From Candidatus Latescibacterota bacterium (GTDB lineage: Bacteria; Latescibacterota; CBDEFO01), in contig CBDEFO010000004.1 in the NCBI GenBank assembly GCA_965237525.1, forward strand, positions 492,595 through 556,594: a DNA stretch of 64,000 nt, given 5' to 3'. This document shows positions 21,513 through 30,048 of this stretch, in pieces; position 1 is the first letter of the stretch, and each line of letters begins with the position of its first letter. A program made the translations under genes and the position numbers. The notes under the pieces were generated by a model. The model was not told where the DNA came from. It made no database searches and worked only from the letters and a program-made list of their open reading frames with translations.

Positions 21513-23264
21513 CTACTTTGTCCTGAAGGCAATTTTAAGGTTATCTTCCCGAATATGCACCTGTGATGCGTATTTCTTTCTCAGTCCTTCCAAGAATTGC
21601 TCGAATATCTCCCGCTCCTTCGTTCTCCTTATCTGCCCTCTGACGCGCCTTTTGGCATCCTCAAATGGCTGTCTCTCACGGCGTCTGGATAGAACTTTGA
21701 ATATAGAGTATCCGCCCGCTACCTGGACAGGACCTCCAACGGTAGGATATGTACCCTTAACGTGAACAGGACCTGAAAGCTCCCCTATCTGAGCCTTCTT
21801 CGCAGCTCCCACTATGCCGCCGTATTTTTGGCTTTCGAAAGGATGAAAATGGAATCTGCCTTCTTCGTCCCGCTGGTCTGCAGGACGTGTAGAATGAGCC
21901 CTCGCAAGCTCGCTCAATGGAGCACCTTTTTGGATCTGTTCCATAAGGCTCAACGCCTCTTCCTGCGTCTCTACAAGTATCTCCTGTATATCTATCTTCT
22001 CAGGAAGCAGATACTTATCAGGATTGCTGTCGTAGTACTGTCGCATATCGTCCTCAGTTATGCTTATCTTACCTTCCAGCGCTTGTTCCCTGAGTTCAGA
22101 TATTAAGAACCTTCTTCCTTCGTTCTCAAGCCACCTTGCCGTATCTTCTTCCTTATCCATCCCGGCGCGAAGAGCAGCTTCCAAAATCATTTTGTCGGGA
22201 ATAATGAAACGCTCTGCAAAGGAGGCCAACTGTTCGCTATCTTCAAGAATAGGAAGACCACCTTTACCTTTACGCTCGCTGATAGCTTGAATATCTCTGA
22301 TCACGAAGATAAAGTCCTCTGAGGTTATCTTTCCATCGTCGTATCTGTAGACAACGATGCTCCTATCATCCTGCGTGGGAAGAGATACGCCGCCGCGCAA
22401 CCTTGCTAGGCAGCTCTTTAAGCCTTCCTGATCCAGTTCGAGGCGATATTTTATCTTTAGCTTTTCTACTAAAGCGGCTCTTTCAAGGGTAAGCTTTTTG
22501 TTGTAGAGTGCTTGGTAAATCTCTGAGCTGGGTTGAACTGTACTGTCAGCGGTGGCTTTGAATATCGAATATTTCCTGCCGATCTTTATGGGCTCTGATA
22601 CTTCGCCCACCTTAAGAGAAAATAACTTATCCTGAAGAATGGGGATCAGGCGTACTTTGGTGTGATATAATCCTGAATCGCCGCCCCTGGGTGCAGTCTC
22701 CTCATTAACAGAACGCCGTCGGGCTACCTCCTCAAAGCTCTCCCCCTGTTTGATCTCCTCAAGAGCAGCCCTTGCTTTATCCTCGCTGTCCACCATTATA
22801 TCGCTAAACCTGATCGCCCTAGAGTATTCCGACTTTTCGAATAAGTCCCGTAAGTCCTCTTCTTTTATATCTAGCGCTAATTCCCTTTGTTGAAAGATAC
22901 TTAGGAGCTTTTGTGTTCTGCTCTTATGCATCTTCCTCAGAAAGCGGAGACTCTTATTAATGCCCTTGGCCTTGGCCTCCATCATCAAAAGCTCCATGTC
23001 GATCACCGTCTGTAGATCATTCCTTTGTTTTTCTATCCCTGTTTTTGTGCTCTGGAAATGTAGAGGGACTTCATCGCTAAATTCTTCCAACTGCTTTACA
23101 ATTATCTCCTTATCCCCAACCTGGGCAAGTACCAGATCCTCCTTTTTCCCTGTGCAGCTCATGCTGACAATTAAGAGTGCAATTGGAAACGGCCAGATTC
23201 CAGCAGCTTTTCTTACGACAGAGGCGGTCTTTCGCGCCTTTGCATATATTCTGCAATTGTTCAT
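21513..23264 (-). CDS. SurA/PrsA-like peptidyl-prolyl isomerase, two parvulin domains, probable lipoprotein
   Basis: Signal ending SMSC; VLAQVG; two rotamase motifs (GESFEEVARRRS...GGD.G...VGEVSEPI and LSELARAHS...GELSGPV). Confidence 0.85.
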   Translation of the reverse strand: MNNCRIYAKARKTASVVRKAAGIWPFPIALLIVSMSCTGKKEDLVLAQVGDKEIIVKQLEEFSDEVPLHFQSTKTGIEKQRNDLQTVIDMELLMMEAKAKGINKSLRFLRKMHKSRTQKLLSIFQQRELALDIKEEDLRDLFEKSEYSRAIRFSDIMVDSEDKARAALEEIKQGESFEEVARRRSVNEETAPRGGDSGLYHTKVRLIPILQDKLFSLKVGEVSEPIKIGRKYSIFKATADSTVQPSSEIYQALYNKKLTLERAALVEKLKIKYRLELDQEGLKSCLARLRGGVSLPTQDDRSIVVYRYDDGKITSEDFIFVIRDIQAISERKGKGGLPILEDSEQLASFAERFIIPDKMILEAALRAGMDKEEDTARWLENEGRRFLISELREQALEGKISITEDDMRQYYDSNPDKYLLPEKIDIQEILVETQEEALSLMEQIQKGAPLSELARAHSTRPADQRDEEGRFHFHPFESQKYGGIVGAAKKAQIGELSGPVHVKGTYPTVGGPVQVAGGYSIFKVLSRRRERQPFEDAKRRVRGQIRRTKEREIFEQFLEGLRKKYASQVHIREDNLKIAFRTK

Positions 23265-23311
23265 CTTCCAAAATCTCCTTTTTTGGTAAATCGCGTATAT
23301 CTATTCAGTTC

Positions 23312-25522
23312 TTAATTATTTACAGAATCCTCATTCTTTAGAACGCTCATCTCCTTATAAAGGAGCGCTAATTTGAGACGGACATCGGAATAGTCCGACT
23401 CTATCTTAAGAATCTCTTCGTATTGAGCAGTAGCCTCCTTGTACTTCCCCTTCTCCTTATAGGCAGCAGCCAGATTATAACGGGCATCTAAGTTTTGGGG
23501 CTGGCTCTCTAACAGTCTCGTAAATTCAGCTATTGCCTCGTCCAGCAGCCCCTTCTTGGCATAAACAACGCCCAGATTATTTCGAGCTTCGAGGTAATCT
23601 CCTCCAGTCCGGATGATTTTTCTGTACTCATCCACAGCTGCGTCATAGAGTCCCTTCTTATCGTAGATATACGCTAACTTGAGACGAACCTTTACATTAT
23701 CAGGGTCTAATTTGAGGGCGCTTTCGCACTCATCTTGAGCCCTGTCGTACATGCCTAATTGTATGTAATTCTGCGCTAAGAAAAGACGGGTTTGGATGTA
23801 TCCTTCCACCCACAGGGGTCGGGCAAGCATCAAGCTCGGCCTGGCCTCCGCAACTTTTCTGCTGGCAGCTATAGAATCATCATACATCCCCATTCTTGCA
23901 TAGATGGAACCGAGATTCAGCCATGCCTCCCAATAATCCTCTTTAAGAGAGACAACCTTCTCAAACTCCACGATAGCGCTTGCATGCATTTGCTTGTTCA
24001 TATACATTGTGCCGACGTTATAATGAACCTCAGCATTGTTGACGGTGTCCATCTTTCCGATCTTTGTGTTTGCAGCCAGGGTGAAAAGGACAAACGGCAC
24101 AACGGAAAGACTCAGAGTCAGATAGCGACCGCCTTTAGCGCTCTGGAACCACCACCATATCGTGTAGGCTGCAAAGATCATCAAAAAGGGCAACACTGGA
24201 AGGCGATACCTGGACGTCACCAGAAAAAGGACCACAGAAGCGGCGTAGACTGTAACAAAGATATATAATAGCAGGAGCTTACGCCAACGGGGAAGAGATA
24301 TGATCAGACCCACAAGAGCAAGCGGAGACAAAACCCCAAAGGGGAACGCGATGATCCTCTTCCATACGGAAGCCCACATCAAAGAGGAATTCCCCCTGGA
24401 AAAATAGATTTCCTGATTGCGGCCGATTTCGTTCCCGTTCCAGAATAAAAAGAGCTTCTTACAAAGCAGTTTGAAATACGCTAAGGGCTGGTCTCTGATA
24501 AATTCCCACGCCTTGGAGAAGAAGTATCTCGAACTTTCGGAGTGCTTGTCTATGCCCTTCTCTAAAGGTTCAAAGGAGAGGTTCTCCCACTCCCATCCCG
24601 GTCTGATCCCGACGGTTCGATCGTAGTCAGGGTTGTTACCGATGTAGAAATTTATCCCTGCGTTGTAGGAAATTATGACAAAATCACCGCCTACAACGTA
24701 GTTTCTCAGTGTAACAGTTGAAATCACCAGAAGCCCACCCAGAAGGAAGCTGCCGCACCATACCGCAAATTGTGAAGTTCTGACACCTCTTTCGAGTTTG
24801 GGTTCTGCAGTCTCTATCGTCCCTCTGTCAGCCGACAGAACTGAATCGACGTTTGACCTGGATCCGAACGCTATCCACATCCAGAGCAGGATAAAAGGAG
24901 CAAGTGCTAAAACATTGGGGACCGTAATGGCAGATAGGCCGAAGATGAATCCCGAAAGGAGCCACTTCGAAAGGCGTGGACGTTCAGAAGCCTCTAAAAG
25001 AGACAGAATAAGAAGCAGATCCAAAAAGAGGGCGATGGATGCGGGCAGAAGTTCACAGTCAAAATATATCAAGATGCCGTAAAGTGCACCCAACAGCGAG
25101 GCGATGATACCCACAGACGTATTAAAAAATCGTCTGCTTATCAAAAATATCAGCACACATCCCAAAGAACCGAGTACAATCTGTATCAGGCGAACTGCCC
25201 AGAAGAACTGGTCTTTGAAGATCAGCCGTACTAAAGCCAGAAAGTACGGATAAAAAGGCGGCTGCCAAAAAGGGCCCTTCCCGAAACCGAGCCAGTTTCC
25301 GCCAACTATATCCCTGGCTTGATCTACATAAGTTAATGAGTCTACGACAGGGGAGTCGAAAAGCGGACTATCCGCTACCTGACTGAGATAGAAAAGCCTT
25401 GCTGCCATGGCAATAAGGAAAATGCCTAATGTCTTACTACTGAGGAAGCTCTCAACCCATCCCTTATTCTTCCACACCTGCATATACCGTAGCATAGGCT
25501 GAACTGCCCGTTTTGGGATCAA
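23312..25522 (-). CDS. GT-C fold (PMT/family 39-like) membrane glycosyltransferase with C-terminal TPRs
   Basis: DSLTY.....A, PFWQPPFYPYFLA, many TM helices, N.YIGNNP, SRYRLP, then multiple TPR units; exact start uncertain. Confidence 0.82.
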   Translation of the reverse strand: MIPKRAVQPMLRYMQVWKNKGWVESFLSSKTLGIFLIAMAARLFYLSQVADSPLFDSPVVDSLTYVDQARDIVGGNWLGFGKGPFWQPPFYPYFLALVRLIFKDQFFWAVRLIQIVLGSLGCVLIFLISRRFFNTSVGIIASLLGALYGILIYFDCELLPASIALFLDLLLILSLLEASERPRLSKWLLSGFIFGLSAITVPNVLALAPFILLWMWIAFGSRSNVDSVLSADRGTIETAEPKLERGVRTSQFAVWCGSFLLGGLLVISTVTLRNYVVGGDFVIISYNAGINFYIGNNPDYDRTVGIRPGWEWENLSFEPLEKGIDKHSESSRYFFSKAWEFIRDQPLAYFKLLCKKLFLFWNGNEIGRNQEIYFSRGNSSLMWASVWKRIIAFPFGVLSPLALVGLIISLPRWRKLLLLYIFVTVYAASVVLFLVTSRYRLPVLPFLMIFAAYTIWWWFQSAKGGRYLTLSLSVVPFVLFTLAANTKIGKMDTVNNAEVHYNVGTMYMNKQMHASAIVEFEKVVSLKEDYWEAWLNLGSIYARMGMYDDSIAASRKVAEARPSLMLARPLWVEGYIQTRLFLAQNYIQLGMYDRAQDECESALKLDPDNVKVRLKLAYIYDKKGLYDAAVDEYRKIIRTGGDYLEARNNLGVVYAKKGLLDEAIAEFTRLLESQPQNLDARYNLAAAYKEKGKYKEATAQYEEILKIESDYSDVRLKLALLYKEMSVLKNEDSVNN

Positions 25523-28175
25523 CTCCAGTGACGAACCTTTTGGTCACCCTCAAACCTAACTGGGTTATCAGTTTGTATCCCAAGTAGTCCCCAACGTTGG
25601 AGTATTGCACTGCACCTACGATTTCGGTAAAGTCGTCCAAAAGTCCTTTCTGTACGACGGTATGTTCAGGCTTCATCTGTCGGAAGATCGAATATTCAAC
25701 TCCGGTTTCTATTTCGGAGCGATTAAGCAATGGGAGTTTAGCAAGCAGAAAGAGAATTGTAGTATTTTCTCTTCGTCTAGGATCTGATACGAGCGCCGGA
25801 GATTCTATCCTGAGTTCGTTTTTGATCCGGGGCTGGATATCAAAGACCCCTATCTTAAAGGTATAGTCCACCTTATTGATCAGACCGAAAAAGGTGAACT
25901 TGTCTCTTTTTGGTAGTCCCAGAAGGTCTTCCGGTTCTGCTCTTTGGTCCCACACATCAAATTTTAGCTTGCTGATAATGTTCAGATTTCTTTTCTTTGT
26001 GTAATCAAAACTTACATAGGCCGAATTTATCCAGGTATCTTGCGCCGCCAAAGGATCTGGGGTCGGGACGTTTCTCCCTGCTCTACCTGACGCTACAAAT
26101 GCTGAATCATCCCATTGGAGAAGATCATCTTTTATATTGTCCTTTGCCAACCTAAAACTCTCGAATATCTTCAGCCTACCCAATGCCGGGAAGTCCTTGT
26201 CCAGAGTAATGAGCGCATAGCTTGTCAGGTTGTCCCTATAGTCGGCAAGGAGTTCTTCTCTGTTTTGGCCGATCATAAGTTTTACATCCGGAGTTACATG
26301 AAGACCAACATAAGCGTTGTATCCTCTGTGGTCCCTGTCGTAGGGAAAGTCGGCCTCGGTATCGTTTTCAAACCGATCTACCCATAAATTGTTGTTCATA
26401 TCTATACCGAACAGAAACTCCGGCCGATCTGTCCCGTACCTCAAGAACGGCTCATCGTAGTCAGGCACAGCGTTTGGCCGTTCCCTGCTGTTATTTTGAT
26501 TAAAGTCGGATATAAAGTCCTGGTTCTCATCATAGCCCGGGAATACTGCATCGTCCCGGGATTCGCCTCGCCTATCCCAATCGGGAAATCTGTCCTGATC
26601 GTCGTTGTCTTCCACAAGTTCGTACGTGAAACCCGAAATATTCCCGTAATCTATTTCAAGATCACCTAGTGCCAGAAATGTGGACGTATTATAGTTGTCG
26701 TCCATGCTGTAAGCCTCTCCCAAGAGGAACCACGGATAGTCAATCTTGGATATGTTTACCATCCACCCATCGCCTTCGTCAGAGGCTGTTTCGTGCTCTA
26801 AGTCCTGCCTGTTGGGATATTGTCTGTAACTGAGGCTCCGGTCAAATTCTGCGTAAATATCGAATCCCCAGAGATCGTTCGCCTCCAGCGTTACCCCGTA
26901 TATCTCGGTGCCCGTTGGCAGACCGTAGTCGATCCTGAGGAGCTTCAGATTCGAGCTGTCCTTGGTATTGCCTTTGGCTCTGGCGGCCAATAGATATACG
27001 AAATCGCCACGCCTGTCCAGCTGGCGGTCAGAGGTCACTTCGATCCTGTAATCGTTCCCTACCACCACCTCGAACGTCACCTTCTTTATCTCGGTAGGAT
27101 CAGGGCCTGTATAAGACGCCTCTGTAAAATCGAATATCAGGTCTATCTGTTCAGGTCCGCTGGCCTCCCAGAAACCTCTTCTCTGAAAGCCGCCCTGAGG
27201 AGAAGGGATGAGTCCCACTTTGCTTGCCCTGACTACCTCCCTTTCGATCGTCAGGTTTCCCTCTTCGTCAAATTTTTCAATATCCGCTTCTATGATCAGA
27301 TCCCATGAAAATAGGGCGGCTCCACCCTCCTCATCCTCGGGGGAATCGTCCATAAGCCGTAGGAATAGCCTTTTAATGTTATTGGAATTCTGGCCTGTGG
27401 AGAGCGATCCGCTTCTCGGGCTCCCCTTGAAGCTCTCTATAAGCGTCACAGAGTTGTGAGCGTTCACGTAGGTCGCTCCGATTTTGACAAAATCGCCCAA
27501 TTGGGCTGTTGCCCTCCCCCCTGTCAAGACTGTCTGGCTTGTTCGCCTTTGGCTGGGTACGCCACCCGTACTACTGGGCCGGGCAAGGAGCGCTGTGGCT
27601 TCATATTTATCGGATTGAAAATCAATCTGGATCCCGTTAAACGCAGGCTTTGAAAAGGTCATCGGAGTCAGCGTCGTCCTGATATCATCCCCTATAGTTA
27701 CCGATTGATGGTACTGCCCCTTTTGATCGGAGGCTACCAGTAGGTTGCTGAAGAAGCTTCCGTATCTCAAAGTCTTGAGTATACCGCTTCCGCTCTGCTG
27801 GGGCTGTGACTGGCTCCAGTCGTAGATCAACCATCCCCGGGTGATATAGGAGCCGTAGAGATCGTAGTAATAATCCCCCTCAAGTGTGATGTCCACATAC
27901 CGATCGTAGCGGTCCCGGGCGTAGTTAGTGTACTCCCACTGCTTCCATTGGTACTCCAGGAAGAGCTCCTGCGGGACATACCATTTCTTGACAGCCGGGT
28001 CCAAAGCGTCAAACAGGACACCAGGTCCGGTCGGTTCGAACGAGATCTCCCCCCCCCGACGCACACCTATACGACCCGCGCTGTAATCCTGGGCGTAAGA
28101 GATAGTGTTGAAGATCATCACCGCCCAAACCATAGCCGCACCAACAACACGCGCCTTAGATCTGAAAGTTATCAT
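25464..28175 (-). CDS. Large secreted / probable outer-membrane protein of unknown family
   Basis: Signal peptide ending SYA, Asp-rich Ca-binding-like stretches (DNDDQDRFPDW, DENQDFISD), C-terminal alternating beta-strand pattern. Confidence 0.65.
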   Translation of the reverse strand: MITFRSKARVVGAAMVWAVMIFNTISYAQDYSAGRIGVRRGGEISFEPTGPGVLFDALDPAVKKWYVPQELFLEYQWKQWEYTNYARDRYDRYVDITLEGDYYYDLYGSYITRGWLIYDWSQSQPQQSGSGILKTLRYGSFFSNLLVASDQKGQYHQSVTIGDDIRTTLTPMTFSKPAFNGIQIDFQSDKYEATALLARPSSTGGVPSQRRTSQTVLTGGRATAQLGDFVKIGATYVNAHNSVTLIESFKGSPRSGSLSTGQNSNNIKRLFLRLMDDSPEDEEGGAALFSWDLIIEADIEKFDEEGNLTIEREVVRASKVGLIPSPQGGFQRRGFWEASGPEQIDLIFDFTEASYTGPDPTEIKKVTFEVVVGNDYRIEVTSDRQLDRRGDFVYLLAARAKGNTKDSSNLKLLRIDYGLPTGTEIYGVTLEANDLWGFDIYAEFDRSLSYRQYPNRQDLEHETASDEGDGWMVNISKIDYPWFLLGEAYSMDDNYNTSTFLALGDLEIDYGNISGFTYELVEDNDDQDRFPDWDRRGESRDDAVFPGYDENQDFISDFNQNNSRERPNAVPDYDEPFLRYGTDRPEFLFGIDMNNNLWVDRFENDTEADFPYDRDHRGYNAYVGLHVTPDVKLMIGQNREELLADYRDNLTSYALITLDKDFPALGRLKIFESFRLAKDNIKDDLLQWDDSAFVASGRAGRNVPTPDPLAAQDTWINSAYVSFDYTKKRNLNIISKLKFDVWDQRAEPEDLLGLPKRDKFTFFGLINKVDYTFKIGVFDIQPRIKNELRIESPALVSDPRRRENTTILFLLAKLPLLNRSEIETGVEYSIFRQMKPEHTVVQKGLLDDFTEIVGAVQYSNVGDYLGYKLITQLGLRVTKRFVTGVDPKTGSSAYATVYAGVEE

Positions 28176-28232
28176 AAAGTACCCCCCTTGGTTACGAGCT
28201 AGAACTGCAGAAACTTTTAGATCAGTTAAAAG

Positions 28233-28279
28233 CCCCCGATTGAATCCCCGATTGCTTCTATCGGGGATTCAATCGGGGG
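28233..28279. repeat. Nested mini-palindrome (one copy inside another)
   Basis: CCCCCGATTGAAT-[CCCCGATTGCTTCTATCGGGG]-ATTCAATCGGGGG immediately after the stop of 28280-30022. Confidence 0.9.
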
Positions 28280-30022
28280 TCAATAGACTAAAGATACGGT
28301 TTCTGTTTTACCCTCTGTCACCGTATCTGTTTCTACCTCTACACGAAGAAAATACGATCCAGGGAGCAACAGTTGTCCGTCATCGTCACTCCCGTCCCAA
28401 ACCCGTTTGTATCTACCACTGGAATCATGACCCGAATAGATCTCCTTCCTTAACCTTCCGCTTATATCGTAAATACTTACCGATACCGGGACTATGTCTG
28501 TCAGTTTTAAAATGTCGTAGGTTACAAAGAGGATATCGTTTATTCCATCTCCATTTGGTGTAAAGGGATTGGGCGAGGCCTCTATGGAATGGAGCACGTC
28601 TTCACCCACAGGGATCGTTACGGAAAGGTCATTTCCGGCTGCCAGCGTATCCGAGGCTGCGTCTCCACCTACAACCGCTTGAGGTATCCAATCGGGTCTT
28701 TGGCTATCAGATACCCTTCCACTGAACACAGTGTTAAACTGCAGGGCGACGCTCTCGAAAATTACCCTGAGGATCTTGTCCCCTGTGACCCTCGGAAAGC
28801 GTATTTTGAACCCACCTGTGACATCTGTTTTGTCAATATCAACATCAATTCCATCTATTTGCACCCTTACCACGTCCACCGGCGCCAGGGTCTTTATTTC
28901 GAGGGTGTCGAAGCCTGTGCTGTTAAACGATCTTATCGTGTAGACGAAGGTGGTGTCTTGGGCGATGAGTGTATTTTGCGGCCATATCTCGCCCAATATC
29001 GACTCAGCTAGTGCAGGAGAAACTTCAAATGCGAGCGAATCGACAGTTGTGGCGGACTCAAAATGGTCGCTTTCGAAGAGGATACGAAACTGAAAGAAAC
29101 GGCGCGGTGATGGCGATACAATATCAGATAGGACGCCCGCCGGATAGGGCGGAGACCAATCGCTCCAAACAACGTCGTCGGGACTTGTTCCGCTTCCACT
29201 CCTTGTCGCTACGGTAGCACTCGATTTGGCCCGTTGGCCTATAATCCCCTTGGACCATTCTATACCGCCAAAGACGGAAAACTGTCCCTGGTTGAACATA
29301 TCAAAAGAATTGAATATCTTTGATGTGTACGACGCTGCGGCTACAAAACCTTCACTGAAGACCTGAAACTCGTCTATCTCCCAGTCCGATCTTAGAAGCT
29401 GTTCTATCTCTATACGACGGACATACTGCACTGGGACATCTATATCAACTATCTGCTCCTCGTTGTCAACCACTGACCTAAACAACCTGAACAACGGAGT
29501 CCCTCCTTCGGACGTCTGCTCCTTACTCCCATCGTTTAACTTTATCTGATAGCCTCTCAAGATAAAGTCTTTAAATTCAGGGCCACTTCTTGGGAAAAAC
29601 TTGATTCTGTTGACCGCGAAACGATCGCCCAAATCTATTTTAATTATGATCCCTAAGGCTCGTGTCCCCTTAACTTCAAAAGCCTCAGTCGTATCACCGT
29701 TTACAATCTGCCGTAATCTTTCTTCTATATCTGTATTCTTCATTAAGAGCGCTTTGTCGGCGTTAGGTGACGTTATTGACCCTCCTCTTTCGAATATGCC
29801 CAGGGAAATGTTATCGTTAGGATCAGTCCGTTTAGGTTGAACCGAGCCGGAATCAGTGCCAAAATCGATGACGGATATCTCGGAATATTGTCCGTCCCAG
29901 GGGAGATTGGCCGGGCCTCCCCCTATTATAATCGTCTCGCCATGGACCTGGCTTGTTGGAAGTTCTACTGACACAATAAGAAGGAGTAAGAGCCACGCCT
30001 TTCTATTAAAACAGCTGTCCAT
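28280..30022 (-). CDS. Secreted protein with discoidin-like region and C-terminal FlgD-Ig/CHU_C-like domain
   Basis: Signal peptide; IDLG; PNPFTPNGDGIND...IYDISG...WDG.D..G..LPG.Y. Confidence 0.75.
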   Translation of the reverse strand: MDSCFNRKAWLLLLLIVSVELPTSQVHGETIIIGGGPANLPWDGQYSEISVIDFGTDSGSVQPKRTDPNDNISLGIFERGGSITSPNADKALLMKNTDIEERLRQIVNGDTTEAFEVKGTRALGIIIKIDLGDRFAVNRIKFFPRSGPEFKDFILRGYQIKLNDGSKEQTSEGGTPLFRLFRSVVDNEEQIVDIDVPVQYVRRIEIEQLLRSDWEIDEFQVFSEGFVAAASYTSKIFNSFDMFNQGQFSVFGGIEWSKGIIGQRAKSSATVATRSGSGTSPDDVVWSDWSPPYPAGVLSDIVSPSPRRFFQFRILFESDHFESATTVDSLAFEVSPALAESILGEIWPQNTLIAQDTTFVYTIRSFNSTGFDTLEIKTLAPVDVVRVQIDGIDVDIDKTDVTGGFKIRFPRVTGDKILRVIFESVALQFNTVFSGRVSDSQRPDWIPQAVVGGDAASDTLAAGNDLSVTIPVGEDVLHSIEASPNPFTPNGDGINDILFVTYDILKLTDIVPVSVSIYDISGRLRKEIYSGHDSSGRYKRVWDGSDDDGQLLLPGSYFLRVEVETDTVTEGKTETVSLVY

Positions 30023-30048
30023 TAAATCTATACCTCCCTCAATAAAAA

